Notes: generated from the sequence alone by a model not told the origin. Positions 45,604-56,173 are shown, counted from the stretch's first letter. The stretch is DNA of 64,000 nucleotides from an uncultured virus (IMG/VR IMGVR_UViG_3300024352_000021) (IMGVR_UViG_3300024352_000021), one strand, 5' to 3'. Made by a program: numbers and translations.

Positions 45604-45954
45604 CTATTGTTGCACACCTAAGGCTTCTGGCTCGTACTGCGTGAGCACGCAGACGTCAGCGCCTTGGCGGAGTGCCGTGCCAACGATGTAGGTGAACTGT
45701 TTCGGGGCGTCGTCCGACTCCTCGATCTGGTACTCCTCCACCTCGTAGGCCATGCCCTTGCGGAACCATGAGACCCGGACCACGGCGAGCAGTTCGTAGG
45801 GAATGTCGCCAACGGTGTACCCCAGGGTGGGCTTCCTGGGGCGTTTCGGCTGGGGCGGTTCCGACTTCACGGGATCTCTCCAAAACACCCACGCGGCAAC
45901 CCGCATGAGCCCTAGGAAAAAGTTAGGCGGGGTGAACTGGCCCATCAGTCCCAC
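45604..45954 (-). CDS. Hypothetical protein
   Basis: Overlaps the primase stop codon. Confidence 0.6.
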   Translation of the reverse strand: MGLMGQFTPPNFFLGLMRVAAWVFWRDPVKSEPPQPKRPRKPTLGYTVGDIPYELLAVVRVSWFRKGMAYEVEEYQIEESDDAPKQFTYIVGTALRQGADVCVLTQYEPEALGVQQ

Positions 45955-48362
45955 ATCCGTGCGGCTTCCTGCATCAGCTGCTCCAGCTCAGCCTCCGACC
46001 TTTCCTCACGCGCGTGGGGATATGTCCCAGAGGTGTCCCATTGATCAGATCCCTTGGTATCACAGGGTTTCAAAGTGGGACACCCCTCCGTTTCAGGCTC
46101 GGTTTGTCCCACATTCGATTTAAGTGGGACAACTTCCTGAATTTCGGGCTGTTGTCCCACTTTAGATTCGTTGGTATCACAGGGTTTTTCCTTAGTGGGA
46201 CAGGTATTTCCTACCTCTCCCCGCGAGGGAGAGAGAACAGCTTGGTAGACCTTGCTGGCACTACCGCGCTTTCCATCTGCTTTGCGCTCCTCCATCACGT
46301 GGATCAGCCCACGCTTTTCCAAGCGCTGGAGTGCCTTCCTGATTCCGGCGACGCTGCCCCCGCAGATCGGATCAGAGTTCAGTTCATCGCGGGTCTTACC
46401 TGCCGGGTAAACGACACGAAGCCTCTGGAGCACGCGGTCTATGACCCCTGAAGGGGTTGTTTCGGTCGGGTCGACCTCTGGGGTCCAATCTGCCAGCGTG
46501 AAGCTCAGGTCGGCTTCCTGACGCAACAGCAGACTGGTGCCACCACGACCGGAGCGGGATTTTTCAACGGTGATGATCCGGGCATTAGCTCCGGTCTGCT
46601 CCAGCTGCTTATCGCTGGGTCGCCGCAGGCTCCAGGTCTCATCCACAGCGTCCCGGATAGCACTGGTGCCCCTAAAGCCGCCGGTCTTGTTGGCGTGGTG
46701 AATGATCAGGATCGTTGTGGCCGGGAACAGCACCCCGTTATTGCGGGTGAGCCAATACAGCGGAGTAGCAAAGTCGGACTTGTTCTCGTCGAACGCCCGA
46801 CCGCCAGAGCAGCCGATCAGCGAGTCGATTACCACCAGCTTTGGCCGCACCCGCTCCATGAGTTTTTGGAAGCGTGCATAGGACTGGAGCGTCCAATCCG
46901 TCCGCAACGTCACCGGAGCATCCGCAGGCATCTCGATCTCCAGTAGCTGCTCCTGCATTTGCACCAGCGGCTGATCGCCGTTGAGTAGGAGCACCGGCCC
47001 CTGCTGCACTGGAACGTGCTGGCCGCGAATCACAAAGGGCGCCCCTGTCGCAATGTGCTTCGCAAGAGTCCAAGCCGCCATGGACTTGCCATCACCACCA
47101 GCGCCGTAGATCAGGACGACTGCGGGATTGGGAAGGAGATCAGGAATCAGGTAGCTGCGCTCAAAGTCCTGCTGGAGCAGCTCCTTCACAGTCATCGTCT
47201 CAGACTGAGACTCATATTGGACTTGATCGACATACATCTTCTCCAGCTCAAAGGCGTCGCGCATCTTTGCCTTGTACGCGATCTTGTGCAGCTCGTATTT
47301 CTGCTCAGCCGGATTTTCAAGCTGGAGCGCCTCCCTAGTGGCCAGCATGATCTCGGAAAAGCGAGGCAGATGCTCTGGCGCAACGTCCGCCTCCAGCTGC
47401 ATCACCACTTTCCGCAGATCCTCCGCAAGCCACAGCCGCCCAGGCATCTGCTGGTCCGCCATCCAGAAGAGCGTCCCGAGGCTTACAGGCCCCTTCCTGA
47501 AGCTCCTCCAAGCGGCTTCGCAGGGATTGCCCTCCTCCCATTCCTGTGAAAACTCCGGATCTTCCGCAGACCACGCAGACCACAGCGTTAGCCCTAGGTC
47601 AGTCGGCAACTCCGAGTGGATCGCCATCCCCACCTTGACCCAGTGGTCCCGGCTACCAGCCCCCTGCCCCGGAATGACCTTCAGTGCCGACTGAATGATC
47701 TCAGCCACCTCAGCTGGATCTCGATCCGAGAAATCAAGCGCCTTGCGGTTCCTGATGAAGCCGGCATCCTCAACACCTTTGCCAGCCCGCTCCTTCATCT
47801 CAGCGATCAGCCACGCAGGAGCCTCTGGAATCGCCTCCAAGTCCCCTTCAAAGCCATACGAGCCCTCCGGCGCCTTCCCATCACTGGAGCCCGGATAAGC
47901 CCCGTAGATGACGCCCTGACGGCCCCAGAGCACCTCGTAACCAGCACCGGTATCGGACAGCCCAAAACCCTGCACCGAGCCCCACAGAGCCTCAGGGATG
48001 CGGAACAGGTACTTCGCCGCGTTCGCCTTGGTCGAGGTAACGACTGGAGCACCCTCCAGCGACTCGCCCCATTTCTTTTTGAGACGACTGAGATTCCGAT
48101 CCACATCAAGAATCACGAGTCCCATGCTGCGACCGCCCGTAAAGACGCCCACCGCTTGGAACACCTTCGGCTGGCGCTCAATCTGCAGAGCGACGTCAGC
48201 CGGGCTCATCACCTCGTCATGACTGCGCTTTGTGGGCGTCTTGCCCTTGCTTACCGACCCTGAGGGCAGTTTCTCGCCTTTGGCGTAGATCGGTGCATAC
48301 GCCATCCCCACAGGCAACTGGCGCACAAAAGCCAGCAGATCCTGCGTCTTACCTTGCGACAT
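45945..48362 (-). CDS. Primase-polymerase/PriCT-2/AAA_25 helicase
   Basis: VILDVD primase motif; W.KVGMAIH..W..WS PriCT-2 motif; GAGGDGKS, VVIDS, IIHHANK. Confidence 0.9.
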   Translation of the reverse strand: MSQGKTQDLLAFVRQLPVGMAYAPIYAKGEKLPSGSVSKGKTPTKRSHDEVMSPADVALQIERQPKVFQAVGVFTGGRSMGLVILDVDRNLSRLKKKWGESLEGAPVVTSTKANAAKYLFRIPEALWGSVQGFGLSDTGAGYEVLWGRQGVIYGAYPGSSDGKAPEGSYGFEGDLEAIPEAPAWLIAEMKERAGKGVEDAGFIRNRKALDFSDRDPAEVAEIIQSALKVIPGQGAGSRDHWVKVGMAIHSELPTDLGLTLWSAWSAEDPEFSQEWEEGNPCEAAWRSFRKGPVSLGTLFWMADQQMPGRLWLAEDLRKVVMQLEADVAPEHLPRFSEIMLATREALQLENPAEQKYELHKIAYKAKMRDAFELEKMYVDQVQYESQSETMTVKELLQQDFERSYLIPDLLPNPAVVLIYGAGGDGKSMAAWTLAKHIATGAPFVIRGQHVPVQQGPVLLLNGDQPLVQMQEQLLEIEMPADAPVTLRTDWTLQSYARFQKLMERVRPKLVVIDSLIGCSGGRAFDENKSDFATPLYWLTRNNGVLFPATTILIIHHANKTGGFRGTSAIRDAVDETWSLRRPSDKQLEQTGANARIITVEKSRSGRGGTSLLLRQEADLSFTLADWTPEVDPTETTPSGVIDRVLQRLRVVYPAGKTRDELNSDPICGGSVAGIRKALQRLEKRGLIHVMEERKADGKRGSASKVYQAVLSPSRGEVGNTCPTKEKPCDTNESKVGQQPEIQEVVPLKSNVGQTEPETEGCPTLKPCDTKGSDQWDTSGTYPHAREERSEAELEQLMQEAARMWD

Positions 48363-48503
48363 GTTAGAGTCTCACATGAGAATGTTCCACACGCCCTGCA
48401 GCTTTTCCGCTGTGGGGCGTTTTTTCAGCCTAGCCATCGGTGTCAAGGCGTGTTAGTGTGTTACTCGTTGGCACTCAGCCGACCACACCAAACACCTACA
48501 CAA

Positions 48504-49085
48504 ATGGCTTTCCTTTCAAAATCCGCATCTGCAAACGTCAACGGCGGCAACAGCGGCGGCGGTTACCTGAGCCTCAGCAAACTCCCCGATGGTGGTTCCG
48601 TCCGCTTCGCCCTACTCACTGACGAACCTCTGGAATTTCACGAGTGCTGGGGGCAAGCAAACGGGGTCAACAAACCTTTCCGGTTTTCATACGAGCCCAC
48701 TTATGAGGACGTGGTTGCCGAAATGGGCGAGTTCGAGCCCCGCGAAGGACGCGGTGGCCCTGGAACAGCAGATGTGAAGTTTGCTATAGCAATCCCCGTG
48801 TACGTATATGACGCTGGAAAAGTTCAAGTACTACAGATTACCCAAAAATCAATTTTGAAAGAAATTGATGCGATTAGTCAGCTTGATGACTATAGCAACT
48901 TGCTTGATTGGGATTTTTCCGTATCAAAAAAAGGCTCAGGTTTAACGACTGAGTATTCAGTTCGTCCGGTACCTAGAAAGAAAGGATCTCAAGAATTTAT
49001 TGACGCAGCATGGCTGGAAGCGAAGTCTGACGGCTTCGATATTTCGAGGCTCCTGGAGGGAACAAACCCCTTTAAGCCTGCCTGA
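48504..49085 (+). CDS. Putative ssDNA-binding/recombination protein, copy 2
   Basis: Homolog of 1682-2263. Confidence 0.55.
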   Translation: MAFLSKSASANVNGGNSGGGYLSLSKLPDGGSVRFALLTDEPLEFHECWGQANGVNKPFRFSYEPTYEDVVAEMGEFEPREGRGGPGTADVKFAIAIPVYVYDAGKVQVLQITQKSILKEIDAISQLDDYSNLLDWDFSVSKKGSGLTTEYSVRPVPRKKGSQEFIDAAWLEAKSDGFDISRLLEGTNPFKPA

Positions 49086-49151
49086 TAGGTAAAATGGTGG
49101 GGCAGCGGTGCTTCCAACACCCTGCCCCCGACCACCTACCAGGAATAGGCG

Positions 49152-49706
49152 ATGGCGAAAGCTTACAAGCCCCTACCGGCTGCGGAAGAGCTGTGGGAGC
49201 TGTTTTCACTAGATCCATTTACTGGGACGCTTTACTGGCGCACCCACAAGAATCCCTACCGCATAGGTAAACCGTTTGGTTGCCGATTCACAAAGGGTTA
49301 CATAGTCGGCGAAATTCGCCACGACAAATTTTCAGCCCATCGTCTTGTCTGGAAGTGGGTCACAGGTACGGAGCCCCTGGAGATAGACCACATAGACCGC
49401 AACAGAGCCAACAACAGCCCCTGGAACCTGCGTTCGACCACCCGTTCCGGCAATCACTGCAACCGCAGCAACGTAAAGGGCTACACGAGGACCCCAAGCG
49501 GCACCTACAGGGCTTTAATCGGGATTGATGGCGTGCAGTACTACCTGGGGCACTACGCAACAGAGCAAGAGGCTCGGGAGGCTTACTTAGCCGCAGCGGC
49601 CCTGCTGCACGGGGAACACACGCCTGAAAAAGGCTTACCACAGGCATCCCCTGGTGCAATCAAGCGTTTTCACGCAAAGGCCACCAGCAAAATTTTCAAG
49701 TGTTGA
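49152..49706 (+). CDS. HNH-AP2 homing endonuclease (different allele from 2330)
   Basis: AHRLVW..IDHIDRNRANNSPWNL; YLGHYATEQEA. Confidence 0.88.
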   Translation: MAKAYKPLPAAEELWELFSLDPFTGTLYWRTHKNPYRIGKPFGCRFTKGYIVGEIRHDKFSAHRLVWKWVTGTEPLEIDHIDRNRANNSPWNLRSTTRSGNHCNRSNVKGYTRTPSGTYRALIGIDGVQYYLGHYATEQEAREAYLAAAALLHGEHTPEKGLPQASPGAIKRFHAKATSKIFKC

Positions 49707-49744
49707 CACCTGTACTAGAATCCAGAAGGGAAATAGTACCTTCA

Positions 49745-50581
49745 ATGCCTAATACACAAGACACACTTGCTGGATTAAGGCGTTGGAAGCTGGAACGTGA
49801 TGACGAATCCGACCCCGGCGGCAGGATCTACCGGGACATTAACGGTAACGTGTATCACAGTGTAACTAGAATACTAAAAGAGACAAGCGACACCACCGGA
49901 CTGGAACGCTGGGCTGCCCGCCTCGGGGAAGCTGAAGCTACCTGCCAGCGAAATGTTGCAGCAAATAGAGGCAACATGACACACAATCAAGCAGAGTATT
50001 TATTAAAAACTTCAATGCAATTAGCACGTTCTACAGCAAACAAAAGAAACTCTATTCGCTGGGACGAACAAGGCCTGGCGCGTATTCCTGCTCCCATCAC
50101 ACAATGGGCACTCAAAAGGGTACGCCCCAATGTTCCCCCCGTAGGATTCAGTGCAAAAGGTTACGCTCGTTCACTATCTGACTGGATCGCCGAAAACGTC
50201 ACGGAGATTTTTGCGTCCGAATTTTCCATTCACCACCCGGCAGGTTTTGCTGGAACAGCAGACGCCTTACTCACCGTAAAAGGAAAACAAGGCATCCATG
50301 TTGTCGACTGGAAGACTAGCGTGGGACGTAAAACCGACCGCGACGACAGGCTTCCCAGCGGCCATTCATACATTGACCAGTGTGGAGCCTATTCACTGGG
50401 ACTCAAACATTTAACCGGCCTAAAAGCATCCGGCGCCGTGATTGTGCTGGCACGTCGATGCGGCACCCCCAACGTCCACTACATGGATGCAGCAGAACTG
50501 GAACAGGCAGAAAAGTCATTCATGGAACGCTGCCATTCATACTTTGAGAACCTACAAACGGCCATTCATGTCTCGGCCTAA
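49745..50581 (+). CDS. PD-(D/E)XK exonuclease, copy 2
   Basis: HSVTRIL, AGTAD, VDWKTS. Confidence 0.8.
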   Translation: MPNTQDTLAGLRRWKLERDDESDPGGRIYRDINGNVYHSVTRILKETSDTTGLERWAARLGEAEATCQRNVAANRGNMTHNQAEYLLKTSMQLARSTANKRNSIRWDEQGLARIPAPITQWALKRVRPNVPPVGFSAKGYARSLSDWIAENVTEIFASEFSIHHPAGFAGTADALLTVKGKQGIHVVDWKTSVGRKTDRDDRLPSGHSYIDQCGAYSLGLKHLTGLKASGAVIVLARRCGTPNVHYMDAAELEQAEKSFMERCHSYFENLQTAIHVSA

Positions 50582-50637
50582 CGGCCTCGACGAAAACCCA
50601 TTCATAGCCTGGAACGCCATTCATAATTGCCATTCAT
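50532..50637 (+). repeat. (G/C)CCATTCAT direct repeats x5
   Basis: Copies at 50532, 50561, 50597, 50616 and 50629. Confidence 0.9.
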
Positions 50638-50789
50638 GTATTGGGAATCCTGCCAATACCTCCCATAGTGGGAGGTCTGCTGGGGCGTGGTCGGTATCTC
50701 CGCCTACGGCTGTCTCGTGGCGTGTCTCGTGAGTCTCACTTGCAAGGGCAGTAGAAAAGCCCCGACCTTGTGGCCAGAGCTGGAGCGTA

Positions 50790-51185
50790 TCAACTGGAGC
50801 GCTTCCGGCTGGGCTGGGCTTTGCCTTTATTGGAGCGAACCTTACGGGCTGCCCCCGGCGATGCCTTAATCCGTGCCGCTGGAGCGCTGCGCGTTAAAAG
50901 TCCCGGAACTTGTGGAAAACTATCCGCTGGGATGTCGGCGCCACCATTAACGCGCTGGCAGTCTCGCCAGTAGGGCACAAGCTCCCGCCACAGCTGGAGC
51001 GGCCCCTCCTTGCCGTGGGCCTGCTGGAGCGCTAGTAGGTCTGCCCAGTCTGAGGCTTCAATGCTGGAGCGTTCCACTGCCCAGCGCAGGTCGCGTAGGT
51101 GGCGCTTGCTCAGCCGGAGCGCTTCGCGCTCGGCTTCGCGGGCTTCGCGCTGGCGTCCCTTGGTGGTCCATTCGCCGCCGCTCAC
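50790..51185 (-). CDS. Hypothetical protein, copy 2
   Basis: Homolog of 3974-4396. Confidence 0.75.
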   Translation of the reverse strand: MSGGEWTTKGRQREAREAEREALRLSKRHLRDLRWAVERSSIEASDWADLLALQQAHGKEGPLQLWRELVPYWRDCQRVNGGADIPADSFPQVPGLLTRSAPAARIKASPGAARKVRSNKGKAQPSRKRSS

Positions 51186-51409
51186 GGCTCTCTCCTGTCG
51201 CCGTTTGCAATAAAAACGACTTCATCTTGCCGCCAGAATCCCCAGCGGCTGTAGTCGGATAGCTTGCCAAGAATCAACGGCCGATAGTCAGCAGTGCGGC
51301 TGGAGCGCTTACGGCCCCAGTTGGAGCGCTCTGGCGTGAAACCACCCCACCAGAACTCTGCCCCTATGGGCACGTCTTGAAAGGTGACGCGTATGTAGTG
51401 GTTTTGCAT
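51182..51409 (-). CDS. Hypothetical protein (non-homologous replacement of 4393-4665)
   Basis: Same slot and same upstream sequence, unrelated protein. Confidence 0.65.
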   Translation of the reverse strand: MQNHYIRVTFQDVPIGAEFWWGGFTPERSNWGRKRSSRTADYRPLILGKLSDYSRWGFWRQDEVVFIANGDRREP

Positions 51410-51554
51410 GGTTCCCTATGGGTTGGGGATACCCTCTAACACTACCACCAAGGGCAAGCGGCGCCGACCGATTGAAGAACTGTAACAGTAAGGGCAGATA
51501 CGGCTGGGGCTGCTGCCATGCTTGGGGCTGATCACCTAGGGAGACGATCCCACC

Positions 51555-52409
51555 ATGGCAACCACACCCAAAGCCAGCCCCGCACTGCTGGAGCGTATTG
51601 ACCGTCTCGCCGGATGCTCCGGGCACTGGCTGCTGATTCGAGACGGCGAACCGGAGCGCGACGGTTTCGGCTCTTGGCACCAAAGCCCGGAGCGCCATCT
51701 CGAAACCTGCCTAGCTGAGCGCTGGCGCGACGTGTCACTCGGTTTCGTGCCGACCTACTGCGGCTGGAGCGATTATGCCAGCACCGGCCTAGTGGGTAAG
51801 GCTAATTACAACGTGCTCACCGATTCCGCCAGCACACCCGACCCCCACGACGGCATTCTTACCGTTGGTTATGGCTGGAACGGGTCCGGTGTTGTGCTGG
51901 ATCTGCTGCGAGTCCCGGCTGACGTGATCGAAACCGTAGCAGCGCTGGAGTCCTATCCGCTCATCTCTGAAGACGAACACTCCACGCTGGAGCTGGAGGA
52001 GATTGAACGGGCTTGGCAAGACTCCTACGCGTCAGACTGGCGCGATCTCGTGCGAGATCAGCTGGCCGCATACTGCCCAACCGACGTGCTGGAGCGTAAC
52101 GCGTACGGCCCGAGCACCGCTAAGTTCTGGGCTGATGACCAGCTGGACTCACTGCCTGAAGACAAGCTGGAGCGGGAACTGCAGGAACTGTTTCAGGTGT
52201 GCGTGGAGTGGAGCGGTGAAGGTTGGGTAGTGGAGGATCTCAGCAGCGGCGCGTATCTCAAGCTTGAGAAGGTTGCACGCGGAATCGACCGCTCAGACCT
52301 AGTGGCGCTCACTGGCTTGGCACTGCTGCCGGCTGATCAGGAATGGCGCCGGGAGTCCTACCCCTGGCCGGACGGTTCCAGCGGTGCTCTGGCTCCCGCG
52401 CTTGCCTAA
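51555..52409 (+). CDS. Acidic hypothetical protein, copy 2
   Basis: Near-identical to 4811-5665. Confidence 0.8.
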   Translation: MATTPKASPALLERIDRLAGCSGHWLLIRDGEPERDGFGSWHQSPERHLETCLAERWRDVSLGFVPTYCGWSDYASTGLVGKANYNVLTDSASTPDPHDGILTVGYGWNGSGVVLDLLRVPADVIETVAALESYPLISEDEHSTLELEEIERAWQDSYASDWRDLVRDQLAAYCPTDVLERNAYGPSTAKFWADDQLDSLPEDKLERELQELFQVCVEWSGEGWVVEDLSSGAYLKLEKVARGIDRSDLVALTGLALLPADQEWRRESYPWPDGSSGALAPALA

Positions 52410-52462
52410 TGGCGCGATCTGCTGTAGTGTATTTCACGAGACCCAACCCATAGGCTCACACC

Positions 52463-52732
52463 ATGGCTCACACTTTCCATTGGACCGGAACCCACGTAGA
52501 CGGCTCTCGGGCTTGTGCGGTGGTTCGCTACTCAGGCCCTACCGCTGGTGGCCGCGGTTCCCGCTGGCTCGCCACAATCAAACGCGATGCAGACACTACC
52601 TGGCGTGGGTCGGCCACGTTTGAGGAAGGCCCCATAACTGCCGCACTGCGCGCAGCCGGTAAGGCCGGTGTTGAGTGGCAGGCTCTCACTTGCCACAGTA
52701 TCGACGCCGATACTTACGCCGTGGGGTTCTGA
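52463..52732 (+). CDS. Hypothetical protein
   Basis: Occupies the slot of the ArdA-like gene behind the same leader. Confidence 0.65.
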   Translation: MAHTFHWTGTHVDGSRACAVVRYSGPTAGGRGSRWLATIKRDADTTWRGSATFEEGPITAALRAAGKAGVEWQALTCHSIDADTYAVGF

Positions 52733-52735
52733 GCG

Positions 52736-52984
52736 ATGCTGGAGACTCTGACCGTTTGGGACGTTGAGCTGACCGATACGTTCGGCGGCGAGGCCAATTA
52801 CAGCTGGGTACGGCGTGATCAGCTGGCACTGCCACAGGATGCCAGCCGGCGAAGCGTGATCATGGCGGCGAAGGCTGCGTTAGGTCTGACCGGCTGCCGG
52901 TGCCGGACGTTTGAGCACGGCGAAGGGTTCGAGCTACGGCCCGTTGGCAGTTGCACCGTTGCTTTTGTCTTGCCGTCTTACTGA
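52736..52984 (+). CDS. Hypothetical protein
   Basis: ELTDTFGGEANYSWVRR. Confidence 0.65.
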   Translation: MLETLTVWDVELTDTFGGEANYSWVRRDQLALPQDASRRSVIMAAKAALGLTGCRCRTFEHGEGFELRPVGSCTVAFVLPSY

Positions 52985-53007
52985 GCGCTCGCTACGCTCG
53001 CGCACTT

Positions 53008-53031
53008 GCGGCCTTACGGGGTCGCTTTTTT
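53008..53031 (+). terminator. Intrinsic terminator
   Basis: gcggcct-tacg-gggtcgc then T run. Confidence 0.7.
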
Positions 53032-53075
53032 GTGCGCTGACCTAAGATTGAACCAAACGGCCAGAGATTCTAACA

Positions 53076-53546
53076 ATGTCGGACGCACCGGAACCTATCG
53101 AGCAGGCGCCGGAAGTTGCGCCGGAAGTGGAAGACAAAAAGGCGAAACATCCGCTGGGTTGTTATGGCAAACGCAACCCCAACGCCGTTATAGAGGAGCG
53201 CCAGAAGCGTTTGTATCGCCGCCAGTTGGAAGGTCTCACAACTCGCCAGCTGGTGCTAGATCACGCTTCAAGAGAAAGTATCAGCGAAAAGACCGCCTGG
53301 ATGGATTGGCGAGTTGTCACAAAGTGGAATGAGGAGGACTGGCAGAAGGATCGTGAGGCCATGCTTTCGCGTCTTCAAGCGATGCGCCTGCGGTTGATCA
53401 ACAAAGCGATAAGCAAGGGGAACTTGCAAGTGGCCATGCTGGGGCTAAAAGACCTTGGCGCTCATTTGGGCGAGGCGGCGATCGAAACTCAGGCAGCCGC
53501 TGCGCCCACGCTGAACATCACGGTGGAAGACAAGCGGCAAGGCTAG
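53076..53546 (+). CDS. Putative terminase small subunit, copy 2
   Basis: Diverged homolog of 6489-6953. Confidence 0.6.
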   Translation: MSDAPEPIEQAPEVAPEVEDKKAKHPLGCYGKRNPNAVIEERQKRLYRRQLEGLTTRQLVLDHASRESISEKTAWMDWRVVTKWNEEDWQKDREAMLSRLQAMRLRLINKAISKGNLQVAMLGLKDLGAHLGEAAIETQAAAAPTLNITVEDKRQG

Positions 53547-53597
53547 GCAGCCGGCGATCCTGTGATACAATGGGGGCTAGTCACACCAAGACTCCCC

Positions 53598-53759
53598 ATG
53601 ACCAACACTGAACGCGGATCCCTCGGCTACCTGCTGGCCTGCGGTGCCATCGTTGCCGCTCTCGTGGCAATGGGCTTCGACAACAGCCGCCAGCTGGCAC
53701 GTTGCGAGTCTGCCGGTCGCTCGGCTGCCGAGTGTCGGCTGGTGGTGCTCGGTCGCTAG
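53598..53759 (+). CDS. Small membrane protein, copy 2
   Basis: QLARCESAGRSAAECRLVVLGR shared with 7008. Confidence 0.7.
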   Translation: MTNTERGSLGYLLACGAIVAALVAMGFDNSRQLARCESAGRSAAECRLVVLGR

Positions 53760-53974
53760 GTGGCATAACACCTACACAAAAGGCCGGTGCTGTGTTGCTG
53801 GCCTACTGCTGCTATACAGTATAACGCTAGTGTGATGGGGGCAGGGTTGCGATTCTGTTCGTGCGGGGCTTGGCGTAGGGAACTTACTGATGCATTCGCA
53901 ATTCCTTCCTCTGTTACACACGGGGGAGGGGTTGCGATTCCTGCAATACACTAGAATGTACCCCCCAGATAAAA

Positions 53975-55225
53975 ATGCCCGAATCCGCTGGAGCGGTCAG
54001 TCTCCGTTACGCCCAGGGCCAAGTTTTTTCGAGCCGCAAACGCTTCCGCGTCCTCGTCGCAGGCCGCCGCTTCGGCAAAAGCTATCTTTCCTGCGTCGAA
54101 CTACTCCGTGGAGCAATCGAACGCCCCGGAGAAACATTCTTTTATTGTGCCCCGACATATCGCATGAGTAAGGATATTGTGTGGAAATTGTTGAAAAAGT
54201 TAGTCCCTAAAGCATGGATTAAGGCCAAAAATGAGACGGATTTGAAGATCGAACTCGTAAACGGCTCAACAATCGAACTGAAGGGCACTGAAAACGCAAT
54301 GGCCCTCCGAGGCCGCAGTCTGGCTGGCGTGGTGCTGGACGAAGCCGCGTTCATGTCCAGCGAAGTCTGGTTCGAGGTGATCCGCCCAGCCCTTGCGGAC
54401 AAACAAGGCTGGGCATTATTCATCTCCACCCCGGACGGCACGGCCAGCTGGTTCTACGAACTCTGGCAATACGCGGATAGCGGCGACGAGAACTGGAGCC
54501 GCTGGCAATTCACGACGATTGAGGGCGACAACGTCCCACCAGAAGAAATCGAAGCCGCGAGAGGCCAACTCGACGCCCGCACCTTTCGCCAAGAATTCGA
54601 GGCCAGCTTCGAAAACCTCAGCGGCCTCGTTGCAATATCATTCGGCGACGAAAACATTTCAACCGAAGCATCAGATATTTCTGTCCTACCGCTACTGCTT
54701 GGCGTCGACTTTAATGTTAGCCCGATGTCAGGAATTTGCGCTGTAAAAGATAATGAAACACTCTATGTTTTCGACGAAATTATCCTCACTGGCGGCGCCA
54801 CCACCTGGGACTTCGCCGAGGAAGTCACCCGCCGTTTCGGCGTGGATCGCCGCGTGATCGCCTGCCCGGACCCCACTGGTGGCGCCCGCAAAACCAGCGG
54901 CGTGGGCCTAACGGACCACAACATCCTCCGCCGAAGCGGCTTCAACGTCTCCAGTCCCAAAGCCCCCTGGAAAATCCGCGACAAGATCACCGCCGTCAAC
55001 ACCGCCCTTCTCGATGCGACTGGAACCCGCCGCACCTACATCCACCCCCGCTGCAAGGAACTAATCAAGTCCCTCCGCACCCTCACCTACGCCCCAGGCA
55101 CTGGCCTTCCCAACAAAAACCTGGGCGTCGACCACGCCTTCGACGCCTTTGGGTATTTATGCCTACAACAATTCAACCTCGCCAAAGCGGGCAGCATGGG
55201 CCAAACCAACTATCGCCTCTACTAA
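53975..55225 (+). CDS. terL: Terminase large subunit, copy 2
   Basis: Same motifs as 7343-8593. Confidence 0.95.
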   Translation: MPESAGAVSLRYAQGQVFSSRKRFRVLVAGRRFGKSYLSCVELLRGAIERPGETFFYCAPTYRMSKDIVWKLLKKLVPKAWIKAKNETDLKIELVNGSTIELKGTENAMALRGRSLAGVVLDEAAFMSSEVWFEVIRPALADKQGWALFISTPDGTASWFYELWQYADSGDENWSRWQFTTIEGDNVPPEEIEAARGQLDARTFRQEFEASFENLSGLVAISFGDENISTEASDISVLPLLLGVDFNVSPMSGICAVKDNETLYVFDEIILTGGATTWDFAEEVTRRFGVDRRVIACPDPTGGARKTSGVGLTDHNILRRSGFNVSSPKAPWKIRDKITAVNTALLDATGTRRTYIHPRCKELIKSLRTLTYAPGTGLPNKNLGVDHAFDAFGYLCLQQFNLAKAGSMGQTNYRLY

Positions 55226-55257
55226 CCCGCCTTACACTGGTACAAAGCCCTCGTGCC

Positions 55258-55440
55258 ATGGCCAAAAAACCAACAAAGGCCCAGAAAAAGGTCGAAAAGG
55301 TCATGTCCGAATACTCTACTGGCACTCTTAAGTCCAGTTCAGGCCAGAAGGTGACAAATCGGAAGCAAGCAATCGCCATTGCACTATCCGAAGCCGGCAA
55401 AACCCGCAAAAAACCCACCAAAAAGGGAGGCAAAAAGTAA
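55258..55440 (+). CDS. Small Lys-rich protein (DUF6496-like)
   Basis: Homolog of 8612-8779. Confidence 0.75.
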   Translation: MAKKPTKAQKKVEKVMSEYSTGTLKSSSGQKVTNRKQAIAIALSEAGKTRKKPTKKGGKK

Positions 55441-55604
55441 TGGCCGCCAAGAAACAGGGTCTATACGCAAATATCAACGCCAAACGCAAGCGCATCGCCG
55501 CTGGATCCGGCGAAAAGATGCGCAAACCCGGCAGCAAAGGCGCCCCAACAGCCGCCGACTTCAAAGCAGCGGCCAAAACCGCCAAGAAACCCCGCAAAAA
55601 GTAA
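55440..55604 (+). CDS. Small Lys/Arg-rich protein
   Basis: MAAKKQGLYANINAKRKRIAAGSGEKMRKPGSKGAPT; absent from copy 1. Confidence 0.7.
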   Translation: MAAKKQGLYANINAKRKRIAAGSGEKMRKPGSKGAPTAADFKAAAKTAKKPRKK

Positions 55605-55607
55605 CCC

Positions 55608-55976
55608 ATGGCCACTGGAACCGGCACCGTCTACGACGGCGAATTAACGATCTACCCAAGCCAGAGCACTACATCCGTAGGCGCATTGTTCTTCACCAAT
55701 GTGACTGCTGGGCATAGCTGCTTTCAGGTAAAAGTGACAGGTTTTGTTGCAGGCCACATCGACATCTCCTTTGACGGCAGCCTTACAGGCAATTCTGACT
55801 ACGGAGAAATTAACGCCACAACAAAACATGCTGGCGCTCAACGTATCAGTGCTAATGGTACTTATTTGTACTTCGTGCAAGACAGGCCCGTACGCGACTA
55901 TAGCTTTAACGTTTTAACTATTACCCATCCTGGTCCTACTATCACCGTAACGCTTGGAGCACTGTCGGATAGCTAA
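55608..55976 (+). CDS. Hypothetical protein
   Basis: Positional counterpart of 8782-9132. Confidence 0.65.
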   Translation: MATGTGTVYDGELTIYPSQSTTSVGALFFTNVTAGHSCFQVKVTGFVAGHIDISFDGSLTGNSDYGEINATTKHAGAQRISANGTYLYFVQDRPVRDYSFNVLTITHPGPTITVTLGALSDS

Positions 55977-56173
55977 TGGCGATCCAAACCGTCAACGGAG
56001 GCTGCATTCACATCGAAATCGACGCTGAAGACGGCCTCACGCACGCCACATTCGTCTTCAAATCCCCCCAAAACCCCGAAATCTTGGGCGGATTTGTGTC
56101 AATGTTGGCCCAAGGCATCGAAGTGCTGGTGCCAATCAATGATCCCGACGACGAGGAGGACGACGATGATTGA
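55976..56173 (+). CDS. Hypothetical protein with acidic tail, copy 2
   Basis: Nearly identical to 9132-9329. Confidence 0.75.
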   Translation: MAIQTVNGGCIHIEIDAEDGLTHATFVFKSPQNPEILGGFVSMLAQGIEVLVPINDPDDEEDDDD

